From positions 2,656,001-2,720,000 of the forward strand of contig OZ242260.1 in the NCBI GenBank assembly GCA_965207065.1: a DNA stretch of 64,000 nt, written 5' to 3'. Position numbers and translations under genes: made by a program. A model generated the notes under the pieces. The model made no database searches, was not told the DNA's origin, and saw nothing but the letters and a program-made list of their open reading frames with translations. The stretch comes from a bacterium. Lineage in GTDB: Bacteria; UBA8248. Shown in pieces: positions 19,085 through 29,983 of the stretch (position 1 is its first letter; each line of letters begins with the position of its first letter).

Positions 19085-21417
19085 TTCATCTCTCCCACCA
19101 GCCGCAATAGGGCGTAGACGGCTATCCCTGCGATGACCAGCACGGTGATCTCGCCCAGCGTGTCATACCCTCGGTAATCGACGATGATGGCGTTGACCAC
19201 GTTCTTGAAGCCCGCCACGGGCTTGCTCGTGCGCATGAAGTAGTCCGCAATGGTGCGGAACTTGTGCGTGTTCATGGCGGCGGCCATGACGAGCGTCGTG
19301 CAGACGCCGAGACCGATAGCGATTCCCCAATCCCGAATCTTCTTCGCGGTCGATGACGGTACGGGCTTGAGCTCGGGCAGGTAGTAGAACACGAGCAGGA
19401 ACAGCACGACCGAGGCCGATTCGACCATGATCTGCGTGAGGGCCAAATCCGGCGCTTTTAAGAGCAAATAAAGCCCCGCGATGCCGTAGCCCATCGTGCC
19501 GAGGGCCAGGATGGCGGCGATCCTCCGCTTGAAGAGCGCCGTGGCGAGGGCTGCGCTCGTGATCATGAGCGCGATCACGACGAGCAGGAACGATGCGCCC
19601 GCGAAATTCTCAGGAAATACCTTCGTCCCCCAGTCCATCCGCCAGACGAGGTAGAGCGCGGCGGCGGTGGGGAGCACCATCATCCAGCGCATGTAGCGCC
19701 TGAGATTCCCGTCCTGAATGAGGAGAAGAATCTCCCAGGTGCCGTTTCTCAGCCAGTCGATGGAGCCGTCGTATATCCTGTTGGGAGAGGGGGCATTGCC
19801 CCAGGCGCGGGCGACCGTGTCCAGTACGGTCTTGACGTGCGCGAAGCCGAAGTAAAGCGCCAAGCCCAGTGCCATCGTGATGATCGACATGATGAGCGGC
19901 ATGTTCACCCCGTGCCAGAGGCCCAAGTGGAGTTCCAGGTGCGCCTTGCCGCCCAGAGTGGCCTGCGCCGCGGGCGCGACGATGGCGTTCTCGATGAGAC
20001 CGGGCGCGAGACCGAAAGCCAGTGCCAAGAGAACGAGGATCGCGGGCGCCGCCAGCATCCCGAGGGGCGGGTCGTGGGGATGCTTGGGCGCTTCGCCTTC
20101 CGCCGCCTGCCAGTAGGGTTCGCTCAGGAACCTTAAGTGATAGAGCGCGGTGAACACGCCCGCGAATACGGTGATGTAGGGCCAGAACCAGCTCCAGTTC
20201 CCCGGGCCGCCGGGGTGGAGGCTGACTTCGTAGAGCATCTCCTTGGTGATGAACCCGCCCATGGGCGGTATGCCGATCAAGCTCAGCGCTGCGATGACGG
20301 CCAAGATGTGTGTCTTCGGCATGAGTTTTCTCAGGTTGCCGAGCAGACGCACGTCGCGTGTGCCCGCCTCGTGGTCGATGATGCCCACCGTCATGAACAT
20401 CGCCGCCTTGGCCGCCGCGTGGTTGTAGAGGTGAAGCGTCGCGCCGATGATCGCCCCCTTGCCGCCGTAGCCCAGGAAGGTGACGATGAGGCCCAACTGG
20501 CTGATGGTGCCGTAGGCCAGAATGGCCTTTAAGTCATACGCGCGCAGGGAGAGCAGGCCGCCCGCTATCATCGTCGTCATGCCGAAGCCCGTCACCACGT
20601 AGCCCCAGGCGGGGTGCGCGCCGAGGATGGGATAGAAGCGCGACAGGAGATAGATGCCCGCCTTCACCATGGTGGCCGAGTGCAGGAACGCGCTGATGGG
20701 CGTGGGCGCTTCCATGGCGTTCGGCAGCCAGATGTGGAAGGGCCACTGCGCGCTCTTCGTCACCGCGCCCAGGATGATGAGCAAGAAGACACCGAACGAT
20801 ATCTGGCTCGCGATTCCGGGCATGAGTACGAGTTGGGAGAGCCGCCACTCGCCCGCCACGTCGCCTAAGAGCAAAAATCCCCCGAGCATGGCGAGGCCGC
20901 CGCTGCCCGTGATGAGGATGGCCTTCGTCGCGCCGTAGTTCGAGGCGTCCCTGTCCGACCAGAAGCCGATTAAGAAGAACGAGGTGATGCTCGTGAGCTC
21001 CCAGAAGATGAACAAGGAGATTAAGTGGTCGGAAAACACGACGCCCAGCATCGAGCCCATGAACGCGATGAGAAAGCCGTAATAGCGGCCGAGCGCTTCG
21101 TGCTCGTGCAGGTACCAGTGGGAGTAGAGGACGATGAGCGCGCCCATGCCCGCCACGAGGAGGCCCCACATGAGGCTCAGGCCGTCCACCATGAAGGAGA
21201 TTTCGACGTTCGCGGCGGGGACCCAGGCGATGGCGCGCGTAAAAGTCTGCCGGCCGCCGGCGGCCCATTCGCCGTAAAGATTAAAGAGCGCCCATGTGCT
21301 GACGAGGGGCGCGACCATGGCGAACCACGCGGCGTTTTTGCGGAAACGTTCTGCAAACCAGGGGATGATGAGGGCGGCTGCGAACGGGAAGAACACGATG
21401 ATGAAGGTGTTGTCCAA
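19072..21417 (-). CDS. mrpA: Mrp antiporter subunit A
   Basis: [39 protein letters not shown]. Confidence 0.95.
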   Translation of the reverse strand: MDNTFIIVFFPFAAALIIPWFAERFRKNAAWFAMVAPLVSTWALFNLYGEWAAGGRQTFTRAIAWVPAANVEISFMVDGLSLMWGLLVAGMGALIVLYSHWYLHEHEALGRYYGFLIAFMGSMLGVVFSDHLISLFIFWELTSITSFFLIGFWSDRDASNYGATKAILITGSGGLAMLGGFLLLGDVAGEWRLSQLVLMPGIASQISFGVFLLIILGAVTKSAQWPFHIWLPNAMEAPTPISAFLHSATMVKAGIYLLSRFYPILGAHPAWGYVVTGFGMTTMIAGGLLSLRAYDLKAILAYGTISQLGLIVTFLGYGGKGAIIGATLHLYNHAAAKAAMFMTVGIIDHEAGTRDVRLLGNLRKLMPKTHILAVIAALSLIGIPPMGGFITKEMLYEVSLHPGGPGNWSWFWPYITVFAGVFTALYHLRFLSEPYWQAAEGEAPKHPHDPPLGMLAAPAILVLLALAFGLAPGLIENAIVAPAAQATLGGKAHLELHLGLWHGVNMPLIMSIITMALGLALYFGFAHVKTVLDTVARAWGNAPSPNRIYDGSIDWLRNGTWEILLLIQDGNLRRYMRWMMVLPTAAALYLVWRMDWGTKVFPENFAGASFLLVVIALMITSAALATALFKRRIAAILALGTMGYGIAGLYLLLKAPDLALTQIMVESASVVLFLLVFYYLPELKPVPSSTAKKIRDWGIAIGLGVCTTLVMAAAMNTHKFRTIADYFMRTSKPVAGFKNVVNAIIVDYRGYDTLGEITVLVIAGIAVYALLRLVGEMKCDH

Positions 21418-21555
21418 AACGAGCGCCCTTCGGGAATGGTTTTCTGTGAACCGAATACCGAAATTTACGTTTTGAGCTTCGGTGATAATGGCATAATCTC
21501 ACCCTTCGGACAACGAAGCGCCGCATCGTCATGCACACTGTCGCCTGGGTTATCG

Positions 21556-21742
21556 GGGTTGTTGAAAAGGATCTTTTTTATGGGGCAGAGGGGACGCCCC
21601 TCTCGACTGGAAAACCAACCCCCCCTACCCCCCCTTAACAGGGGGGTAAAGGCAATACCCCCGACGAGGGAGTGGAAGAAAAGCCCCCCTGACAAGGGGG
21701 GTTGGGGGGTTAATCTCTTGGCAAAGGCTTTTTCACCAACCC
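21556..21742. mobile_element. MITE-like element; uninterrupted homolog (opposite orientation) of 31495-31999
   Basis: TIRs GGGTTGTTGAAAA and TTTTCACCAACCC; shares GAGGGGACGCCCCTCTCGACTGGAAAA and CCCCCCTGACAAGGGGGG blocks. Confidence 0.75.
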
Positions 21743-21774
21743 CCATCCGAACGGGAAAACACGGAGGTATCATC

Positions 21775-22545
21775 TTGAGCGAGACGACCTACAATCTTTA
21801 CGCCCTGTGCCAGGGCTCGCGCGCGTGCGACGCCTCCTGGCTCCTTTACTTGAGCGAATCGGGCCGGACGCGCACGCTCCCCTATTTCTTCTGGGTGCTC
21901 AAGCCCGACGATGGCGGCGCGCCGGTCGTTATCGACACCGGCTTCAGCGAGGATGCGCAGAAGGCGCGAAACCCCGATTACGCGGACTACCGCCCGCAGC
22001 ATGAGCTTCTGAAGCATTTCGATCTCAAGCCGTCAGAGGTCGAGACGCTCATCGTGAGCCACCTGCATTGGGATCACTTTATGTCTCCCCGGCTGTTCAC
22101 AGGGGCGCGGTTTTATCTCCAGAGTCGCGAGCTCGATTTCTGGCGGAGCGACGCGGCGGAATACCACTTCATCAACCATTTTCTGGGCGATTTGGAAGAA
22201 GCCGAGAAGCTGCTTGAAGCAGGCCGTATGAATCTCGTGGACGGGGAGGCGGAGATAGCTGAGGGCGTACACGTCCACTGGACGGGCGGCCACACGCCGG
22301 GCCACCAGATAATCCGTTTCCGCACGGCGCGGGGCTGGGCGGTGCTGGCCGTGGACGCGGCCTATCTCTACAGGAGCCTCGAATCCATGATACCGCCGGG
22401 CATCCACATCCACGTGGACGACGCCCTGCGCGCCCTCGAGACCGTGAAGGACCTCGCCGACGCGCCCGACCTCATCTTCGCCGGACACGACGAGACGGAT
22501 TTGAGAAGGGAGGAGGTGTATCCGGGGGTTAGGTTGTTTGTGTAG
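21775..22545 (+). CDS. N-acyl homoserine lactonase-family metallo-beta-lactamase
   Basis: DTG, SHLHWDH, GHTPGHQ, GHD motifs; TTG start after GGAGG. Confidence 0.85.
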   Translation: MSETTYNLYALCQGSRACDASWLLYLSESGRTRTLPYFFWVLKPDDGGAPVVIDTGFSEDAQKARNPDYADYRPQHELLKHFDLKPSEVETLIVSHLHWDHFMSPRLFTGARFYLQSRELDFWRSDAAEYHFINHFLGDLEEAEKLLEAGRMNLVDGEAEIAEGVHVHWTGGHTPGHQIIRFRTARGWAVLAVDAAYLYRSLESMIPPGIHIHVDDALRALETVKDLADAPDLIFAGHDETDLRREEVYPGVRLFV

Positions 22546-22656
22546 CTGAAATGCTCTTGCCGGGGACGTATAGGCTGGGTATGTTGGCGGTATCCGAGGA
22601 GGAGTTATTGATTAGTAGAAATTCGGGCAATAAAACTTCTTGATTAAGAGGGTAGG

Positions 22657-24471
22657 ATGACTGAACTGAACTTCAAGGGGAAGGAATTCGTTTACAACCA
22701 CCATTTATCCGTGCCGTTCCATCCGCTTGAAATGCACTCGGATAAGGGAATTGGTGAAGCAAGTTTAGACGGTAACCTGATCATTCATGGAGACAATCTG
22801 AAAGCGCTGAAAGCATTAATGCCACTCTATGCTGGCAAGGTGGACTGTATCTTCATCGACCCACCTTACAACACCGGCAACGAAAGCTGGTGCTACAACG
22901 ACAATGTGAACGCACCAATGATCAAAGAATGGTTGGAAGCGAACCCGGTTGGGATCGAGGATGGTCTCCGTCATGACAAGTGGTGTGCGATGATGTGGCC
23001 GAGGCTACGCTTGTTGCATGATTTGCTTGCCGATACGGGGAGTTTTTGGGCAACTATTGATTACATAGAGGTTAACCGGTTCAAGCAAATTTTGGATGAA
23101 ATATTTGGCGAGAATAACTATATAGGTATGATTTCTTGGGAAAAAACCTATACACCAAAGAGTAACAGCAGAGTAATAAGTGCCGATACAGACTATATAT
23201 TTTGTTATGCTAAAAATAAATCTGTATTCGAGTCGGATGGTTGGAATTTGATAACTAAGGATAGTGAACAACTTGGAAGATATTCCAATCCAGATAATGA
23301 TCCCAAAGGACCTTGGCGGACTTTTCCAATAGATGTTCGCACCGAAGATGCCGGGAAACGTGAGAAATATCGATATCAAGTTGAATTGCCGTCGGGTCGT
23401 ACGGTACGACCTGCCGCTGGGCGTCATTGGTCTCTCCCTGAAGATGTGTTCAATGCTGAGAGAACAGCCGGAAGGATCTACTTTGGCATGAAAAATGATG
23501 CAATACCAACAGTCAAAGCATATCTTTCTGACGGTCGGGATAAAATCATAGCGAGAACGTGGTGGCCATACAGTTCTGTCGGAGGTAATCAGGATGCAAA
23601 GAAGCAAATTTTGAATATTCTTGGCAGTGATTGCGATTTTCTTACACCTAAACCTACAAGCCTGATTCGTAGAATATTAGATATTGCTACTCATCGACAC
23701 TCGATAGTTCTAGATTCGTTTTCTGGTTCGGGATCGACAGCACATGCTGTTCTCGAAGCGAATCGGGACGATGACGGAGAACGCCGCTTTATTCTTGTTG
23801 AGATGGAGGACTACGCGAACCGGATAACTGCCGAGCGAGTCCGTCGTGTTATCAATGGCTATGACTTCACTGGCACTCTGCGTACGGAATTGATGCGGGA
23901 AAAAATCACTTGGTCCAAGCTGAAGAACTCCCGCAAACTGACGGAGTCGGTAGAGGTAATCGAGAATCTGCATGGCCACGAGTACGACCGAATTAAGAAG
24001 GAAGTCAAGAACGGCGAATTGATTGTCACTGGCGAAGAGTCGATAGCGGAATGCGTCGAGGGGCTTGGCGGTTCCTTCACCTATTGCACCCTTGGCGATC
24101 CTGTGGAACTCGACAAGCTGCTTAGCGGAGAAACTTTACCACCGTATGAGGGAATTGGCGCGGCGCTCTTCCACATGGCGACCAATTACGCAATTGACGC
24201 CGAGATCGTGCGCAAGGCGGAATACTATCTTGGCGAGGCCGACGGCCAACATGTATGGCTGATCTACAAATCCGATTTGGATTGGCTGAAATCGCCTGAA
24301 GCAGCGCTGACATTGGACCGCGCTAGGACATTCGCATCGGCGGACCCAGAGAAGCGCCATCTTGTTTTCGCTCCGGTCCGCTATGTCAGTCAGAAGATGC
24401 TGGAGGAACAGAACCTTCCCGTCGAGTTTGTGCCGCTACCCTTCGCGCTCTACCGCATTGACCGGGGTTAA
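22657..24471 (+). CDS. mod: Type III restriction-modification methyltransferase (N6-adenine)
   Basis: GDNL..LK, IDPPYNTG, PKP..LI, DSFSGSGST. Confidence 0.92.
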   Translation: MTELNFKGKEFVYNHHLSVPFHPLEMHSDKGIGEASLDGNLIIHGDNLKALKALMPLYAGKVDCIFIDPPYNTGNESWCYNDNVNAPMIKEWLEANPVGIEDGLRHDKWCAMMWPRLRLLHDLLADTGSFWATIDYIEVNRFKQILDEIFGENNYIGMISWEKTYTPKSNSRVISADTDYIFCYAKNKSVFESDGWNLITKDSEQLGRYSNPDNDPKGPWRTFPIDVRTEDAGKREKYRYQVELPSGRTVRPAAGRHWSLPEDVFNAERTAGRIYFGMKNDAIPTVKAYLSDGRDKIIARTWWPYSSVGGNQDAKKQILNILGSDCDFLTPKPTSLIRRILDIATHRHSIVLDSFSGSGSTAHAVLEANRDDDGERRFILVEMEDYANRITAERVRRVINGYDFTGTLRTELMREKITWSKLKNSRKLTESVEVIENLHGHEYDRIKKEVKNGELIVTGEESIAECVEGLGGSFTYCTLGDPVELDKLLSGETLPPYEGIGAALFHMATNYAIDAEIVRKAEYYLGEADGQHVWLIYKSDLDWLKSPEAALTLDRARTFASADPEKRHLVFAPVRYVSQKMLEEQNLPVEFVPLPFALYRIDRG

Positions 24472-24479
24472 AGCGCGAC

Positions 24480-27086
24480 ATGTTCCGCCAACTGGAATAT
24501 CAGGATCGAGTTCTTGCGACGCTCGATACTTATATTGACCAACTTAGGGCTAGGAAACTGGAAGCCGATGAGATTGCGGAACTGGCGGCAAGCAAGCCGC
24601 ATTTGGCCGTGCCGATCCCCGATTTCACATATGAGGCATGGGAAGCTTTAAAAGCAGAAGGCAAGTTGCCTACCTCGCGTGCTGCGATCCCGTTTTCGCC
24701 ACGTGAAGACGGGTGTGGTCGTCCGGTTCCGAACGTGGTGCTTAAAGTACCGACAGGCGGCGGCAAGACTTGGTTAGCCGTCTCCGGACTCTCACACATC
24801 ATGGGCCGCTATCTCGAAAGGAACACGGGCTTTGTGTTGTGGGTCGTGCCGAACGAAGCGATATACAGCCAAACACTTAAGCATTTGAAAGACCGACAGC
24901 ATCCTTATCGACAAATGCTCGACCGCGCGGCAGCCGGGCGTGTTCGAGTCATGGAGAAAATTGACCGCCTCGATGCGCGGGACGTGGAAACTAACCTCTG
25001 TGTCATGCTACTGATGCTTCAATCGGCAAACCGGAAGTCTCAGGAATCACTAAAGATGTTTCAGGATCGGGGAGACGTGCACGGCTTCTTTCCGCCCGAA
25101 GGCGAACAGCAGGCGCACAGGGAAGTGCTGGAGAGGACGCAAAACCTCGCTGCTTATAGCGGTATCTTCCAGATGGTGAAAGATTCACTCGGCAACGCTT
25201 TGCGGATCATTCGCCCTGTTATGGTGCTGGATGAGGGACATCGGGCGATCTCCGATCTGGCATTTAAGACGCTCTATGGGTTTAACCCATGTTTCGTACT
25301 GGAACTGACGGCGACCCCGCAAGACGTGCAGCCGCGCGGCGGTCAGAACCCGAGGGAGGGGCGCTATGCCAACCTGCTTGTTGAGGTGTCAGGTCGGGAA
25401 CTGGACCGCGAGGGCATGATTAAGATGCCGCTTAATCTTGAGCCCAGGCAGGGTACCGATTGGCGGTCAACCCTCAACGCTGCGCTCGCGAAGTTGGACA
25501 CACTCCATAACAAAGCAAAAAATTTACGTGCCAATACCAATCGTTTTATTCGCCCGATCATGCTGGTTCAGGTCGAACGCACCGGAGCAGATCAGAGGGA
25601 AAGCGGTCATATTCACGCAGAGGATGTTAGCGACTGTCTCTTGGCAGCCGGATTCGATGACGCGGAGATTGCCATCAAAACGGCTGAGCAGAATGACCTG
25701 AAACAACCGGAGAACCAGAACCTTCTTTCGCCTACCAACCGTGTGAGAGCGATCATCACGAAGCAGGCGCTCCAGGAAGGCTGGGACTGCCCGTTTGCCT
25801 ACGTGCTTTGCGCATTGGCAGCAAACACGAACCTTAATGCCATGACCCAACTTGTGGGTCGTATCCTTCGCCAGCCAGGCGCAATCAAGACTGGCGTCGA
25901 AGCGCTTGACGAGTGCCATATCATCACACACCACGCCGAAACCGCTTCTGTAGTGGAAGCGATCAAGGCTGGGTTGGAACAAGACGGACTTGGCGATCTC
26001 GTGCTTCAGGTCTCTCAGGATGATACAAGTGAACCAAAGAGCGAGTCGCGAAAGATCAAACGACGCTCCGACTTCGAGTACACGGAAATCTACCTACCAA
26101 AAGCTATGGTCGTGGAGAATGGCGAGTCGCGGGAACTAGATTACGAGACCGACGTTTTGTCCCGTATCGACTGGCGCGATTTCAACCCTAAGGAGATCGC
26201 GGCTCGCATTCCCGAGAACGCACAGGCGGTTGAGAACCAATTGCAACGCATCGGGTTGGCCGAGGATGGGGATGAGCCCTTTGTCGGCGAAATTGTTTCG
26301 AGAAACAGTGAAGTTTTGACATTCGATCCGGTACATGCGGTGCGTATGATACTAGATATCATACAGAACCCCTTTGTGGGGCACGAAATCGTAGATCGGC
26401 TTCTTGCAGAGCTTTCTAGCCGCGGATTCGACAACAAGAAATTAGGACAACTTGACGGGCTAATCGTTGAAGAACTACGTAAAAGATTGAATATCGAGCG
26501 TGACGCACGTGCCGAAGCTCTGTTCAAAGACAGTGTGACGACAGGGCACATCCAGTTCCGACTGCGTTTGGACGGCAAAAACTGGCGAATGCCCTTCCAG
26601 ATCGAAACGACCGAATCGGACACGGCACGTCAGCTTGTGAGCAAGACAGGTGGTCCTTTGGAGAAGAGCCTGTTCGCACCAATCTATGAGAACGAGTTGA
26701 ACAGCGACGAGCGAGAAGTAGCTGTCTATCTCGACAGCGAGGAGACATTGACCTGGTGGCACCGTAACGTCGCACGCAAGCAGTATGGAATACAGGGCTG
26801 GAAAAAGGGGATAATCTATCCTGACTTCATCTTTGCTGGGAAAATGGTGGATGGTAAATCAAGATTGTTTGTTCTGGAAACAAAAGGCGACTATCTCGAT
26901 AATTTGGATACAAAGTACAAACGCAAATTGCTAGATCTTATGTCCGAGAATTTTTCATGGGACAATACGATACAAGCTGGAGAACTGGCACTCGTTCAAG
27001 AAAATGGCGAAACTGTTCAGTGCGCATTGGTGTTGATGAGCGAATGGAGAACGGAATTGCCGGAACTATTAAATCAAACTAAATGA
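24480..27086 (+). CDS. res: Type III restriction endonuclease subunit (SF2 helicase plus PD-(D/E)xK nuclease)
   Basis: PTGGGKT, DEGH, TAT, EGWD, Q..GR.LR, YPDF...LETKG; starts 8 bp after mod. Confidence 0.92.
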   Translation: MFRQLEYQDRVLATLDTYIDQLRARKLEADEIAELAASKPHLAVPIPDFTYEAWEALKAEGKLPTSRAAIPFSPREDGCGRPVPNVVLKVPTGGGKTWLAVSGLSHIMGRYLERNTGFVLWVVPNEAIYSQTLKHLKDRQHPYRQMLDRAAAGRVRVMEKIDRLDARDVETNLCVMLLMLQSANRKSQESLKMFQDRGDVHGFFPPEGEQQAHREVLERTQNLAAYSGIFQMVKDSLGNALRIIRPVMVLDEGHRAISDLAFKTLYGFNPCFVLELTATPQDVQPRGGQNPREGRYANLLVEVSGRELDREGMIKMPLNLEPRQGTDWRSTLNAALAKLDTLHNKAKNLRANTNRFIRPIMLVQVERTGADQRESGHIHAEDVSDCLLAAGFDDAEIAIKTAEQNDLKQPENQNLLSPTNRVRAIITKQALQEGWDCPFAYVLCALAANTNLNAMTQLVGRILRQPGAIKTGVEALDECHIITHHAETASVVEAIKAGLEQDGLGDLVLQVSQDDTSEPKSESRKIKRRSDFEYTEIYLPKAMVVENGESRELDYETDVLSRIDWRDFNPKEIAARIPENAQAVENQLQRIGLAEDGDEPFVGEIVSRNSEVLTFDPVHAVRMILDIIQNPFVGHEIVDRLLAELSSRGFDNKKLGQLDGLIVEELRKRLNIERDARAEALFKDSVTTGHIQFRLRLDGKNWRMPFQIETTESDTARQLVSKTGGPLEKSLFAPIYENELNSDEREVAVYLDSEETLTWWHRNVARKQYGIQGWKKGIIYPDFIFAGKMVDGKSRLFVLETKGDYLDNLDTKYKRKLLDLMSENFSWDNTIQAGELALVQENGETVQCALVLMSEWRTELPELLNQTK

Positions 27087-27391
27087 TTATTTCAGACGTC
27101 ATAAAGTTATTCTTCGCATATCCTTTCCCATAAAATCCGCATTTCCCCGCAATTGCCGTACTCCCCCCAATCCCGCCCTGCGCTATCGTGCGCGCGTCGC
27201 GGGAAAACGATTTCTCCCGCATGAGTCGGCATTGAACTGGCGGTAGAGGGGTAATCATGGAATCAGGTGCAGGGGCGAAAATGATGACGGCAATTTCAAC
27301 CGCATTGGCCTGGTTCGGCCTCGATTCTCTCTCGGGTTTCATCACCATGAGCAGGGGAGGGGTATTCGTGGACCTGGGGCTCGCAATGAAT

Positions 27392-27449
27392 ATGCAAATA
27401 ATCATATTTTCCGTAAAATTAGATAAATTCACGGGGTTTTTCGATAAAT
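27392..27449 (+). repeat. AT-rich ~60-bp element; inverted copy at 29919-29983
   Basis: ATGCAAATAAT...AGATAAATTCACGGGGT(T/A)TTTCGATAAAT occurs in both places in opposite orientations. Confidence 0.75.
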
Positions 27450-27697
27450 ATCTGAAAGCGAACGGCAAGGAAATCGAGGGAGTAACCGATATTATTTCAG
27501 TCGGTTACGAGAATGGATTCAAGCAGAAGGTGAATAGTTTTTCGAATTTTATCGAATAAAAAAAGTTTTTTCGGACCCCGCATTTCCCCGCAACTGCCCA
27601 CATTTCCTCACGCCCAAAAGCGCTGTTAGCATAGCGGCGTCCTGCCCCTTGCGGTATGGTGGCCCCCAACCATCCACTTACATATAGGGAACGCGAC

Positions 27698-28711
27698 ATG
27701 AAAGTAGGGCTCTTCATCACCAACCAGCAGCACCTGGAAACCGACATGGTCAGCGCCCTGGACGAGCAGTACGCCATGGTGCGCCTCGCGCGCGACAAGG
27801 GCTGGGATTCGCTCTTCACCGGGCAGCACTACCTGAACGAGGGCGACAACAAGCAGCTCCAGATCGTGCCGTTCCTCGCGCGCCTGCAGGCCGAAGCGGG
27901 CGAGATGACGCTCGGGCTCGGCATCCTGCTCATCAACCTGCACAACCCGGTCTACGTGGCCGAGACGGTGGCGACGATGGACGTGCTCTGCCGGGGGAAC
28001 TTCGTGTTCGGCATCGGGCTGGGCTACCGCAAGGCGGAGTTCGACGCCTTCCAGGTGCCGAAGGGCCAGCGCGTGCGCCGCTTCGAGGAGTGTCTCGAAC
28101 TCGTGAAGCGCCTCTGGACGGAAGAGGAGGTGACCTGGGAGGATGAGATCTGCAAGCTCGACGGCGTGCGCATGAACATCCGCCCCGTGCAGAAGCCATA
28201 TCCACCGATATGGGTGGCGGCCAATAATGACAAGGCCATCGAGCGCGCCGCGCGCATCGGCGACAACTGGTTCATCAACCCGCATTCGACCACGGCGACC
28301 ATCAAGCGGCAGATGACGCTCTACCGCGCGGAACTGGAGCGGTGCGGCAAGCCGTTCCCGGCGGATTTCCCCTGCATGAAGGAGATTTTCTGCAGCCGCG
28401 ACAGGAAGACCGCCCTCGAGATGGCGGGGCCGTATCTGTTCGGCAAGTACCAGGATTACGCCAAGTGGGGGCAGGACGACGCCATGCCCGATGATGAGAG
28501 CTTCGATCAGGAATTCGACGATTTGCTGAAAGATCGCTTCATCATCGGCTCGCCCGAGGAGTGCTACGAGCAGCTTCGCCCCTACTGGGAGGAGGTGGGC
28601 ATGAGCCATCTCATCATCCGTACGCACTGGGCGGGAATGCCGCTCTCCACGGCGCTCCACAGCATGCGGATGATCTCGGACGAACTTATCCCGGAGCTCA
28701 GGAAGATTTGA
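27698..28711 (+). CDS. LLM-class flavin-dependent oxidoreductase
   Basis: P..VAE..AT.D...G...GIGLGYR..EF; P.Q.P.PPIW. Confidence 0.9.
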   Translation: MKVGLFITNQQHLETDMVSALDEQYAMVRLARDKGWDSLFTGQHYLNEGDNKQLQIVPFLARLQAEAGEMTLGLGILLINLHNPVYVAETVATMDVLCRGNFVFGIGLGYRKAEFDAFQVPKGQRVRRFEECLELVKRLWTEEEVTWEDEICKLDGVRMNIRPVQKPYPPIWVAANNDKAIERAARIGDNWFINPHSTTATIKRQMTLYRAELERCGKPFPADFPCMKEIFCSRDRKTALEMAGPYLFGKYQDYAKWGQDDAMPDDESFDQEFDDLLKDRFIIGSPEECYEQLRPYWEEVGMSHLIIRTHWAGMPLSTALHSMRMISDELIPELRKI

Positions 28712-28795
28712 GGGATTCCGTGCACGCCGGGCGGAATCATGGTATAGTGGAAGCATAGAAAAACAGCGCATGACCGCAAAAAGTGGGGGATCGAA

Positions 28796-29317
28796 ATGTC
28801 TGAAAAAAAGATGATATCCTTCGTTCTCAACGGAGAGCCCGTCGAGGTGATGGTTCCCGTAAACCGCTATCTGGTGGACCTCATCCGCGAGGATTTGGAC
28901 ATGATGGGCACCAAGCGCGCCTGCGATCAGGGCGCGTGCGGGTCCTGCTCGATCATCATGGATGGGGATCTCATCAGTGCCTGCCTCGTCCTGGCGGTGC
29001 GCGCTGACGGCGCGAACGTCGAGACCATAGAAGGCCTCGGCGGCCTCGAGGACTTGCATCCCTTACAAGCCGCATTCGCTTCCTACGGCGCCACGCAGTG
29101 CGGCTATTGCACGCCGGGGATGATCATCTCGGCCAAAAAGCTGCTCGATGAAAACCCCGACCCCTCAGAGTCCGAGATTCAGCACTGGCTCACCGGAAAC
29201 CTCTGCCGCTGCACGGGGTATCGCCAGATCATCTCGGCGATTCGCGCCGTGGCCGAGGGCAGAACCGAACCCGAATCCCCCATCACGGTTCCCACGGTGA
29301 AGGCCTACGACGACTGA
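28796..29317 (+). CDS. (2Fe-2S)-binding protein, CoxS/XdhC small-subunit type
   Basis: C..G.CGSC, QCGYCTPG, GNLCRCTGY. Confidence 0.92.
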   Translation: MSEKKMISFVLNGEPVEVMVPVNRYLVDLIREDLDMMGTKRACDQGACGSCSIIMDGDLISACLVLAVRADGANVETIEGLGGLEDLHPLQAAFASYGATQCGYCTPGMIISAKKLLDENPDPSESEIQHWLTGNLCRCTGYRQIISAIRAVAEGRTEPESPITVPTVKAYDD

Positions 29318-29345
29318 TCCCTCACCTCCGGTAAAGGAGGCCGCC

Positions 29346-29801
29346 ATGAAACAAATGATCGAACACGTCGCCCTGCGCGTCACGAATCTCGATAAATCCA
29401 TCGCGTTCTACCGAGACGTGATGGGCTTCAAGCCCGTCGGACGCCGGCTCATCCACAATGGGGAGATCGATCAGGTTGTCTTCCGCGTGGGGGAGGACAT
29501 TCTCGTCCTGTTTCACGCTAAGGATTTCGTGTCCGATGACGTCGAGGTGAAAGGCGGGATGGACCATCTCGCGTTTTGCATGGACGATGCCGAATACAAC
29601 AATGTAATCAATCGTTTACGAGAGAGCGGCCGGGAACCTCACCGGGGCGAGGAGAAGAACCTGGGCGCTTTCGGCGTAGGCTACGCCACCTATTTCTACG
29701 ATCCCGACAACGTCGAACTCGAGATCAAGCGCTATGACGATCCTCCCGAACAGCCTGGTCCCGAGTGGTACGAGAGCGGGCGGAAGATGAGCGTCTCCTA
29801 G
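29346..29801 (+). CDS. VOC/glyoxalase family protein
   Basis: EHVAL.V..L..S..FY, DHLAF, YFYDPDN. Confidence 0.85.
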   Translation: MKQMIEHVALRVTNLDKSIAFYRDVMGFKPVGRRLIHNGEIDQVVFRVGEDILVLFHAKDFVSDDVEVKGGMDHLAFCMDDAEYNNVINRLRESGREPHRGEEKNLGAFGVGYATYFYDPDNVELEIKRYDDPPEQPGPEWYESGRKMSVS

Positions 29802-29918
29802 GCGCAACTCCCCGCAGTTCCGCGCATTTGCCGTCATCGCAGAAGGCGCGGAACATGGCAGAATCCTCATGCGTCGCGGTTCTGCGGCGTCATGTCCCAG
29901 CAAAATAAATTGTCGGTA

Positions 29919-29983
29919 ATTTATCGAAATACCCCGTGAATTTATCTGAATTTATCGATATTTCCGGAAATTATTATTTGCAT
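29919..29983 (-). repeat. Inverted copy of the 27392-27449 element
   Basis: ATTTATCGAAATACCCCGTGAATTTATCT...ATTATTTGCAT. Confidence 0.75.

Noticed and set aside
21025-21774. Long N-terminal extension of the lactonase ORF
   Set aside because: Runs antisense to mrpA and through a MITE; a good RBS and TTG start lie at 21775
22657-24471. Phase-variable mod (phasevarion)
   Set aside because: No simple sequence repeat tract seen in or upstream of the gene
27079-27559. ORFs 27079-27468 (-) and 27257-27559 (+)
   Set aside because: No recognisable motifs, and they overlap non-coding repeat elements
27626-29059. 477-aa minus-strand ORF and similar long shadow ORFs (e.g. 42647-44530, 53600-55102)
   Set aside because: Antisense or off-frame shadows of well-supported genes, common in high-GC DNA
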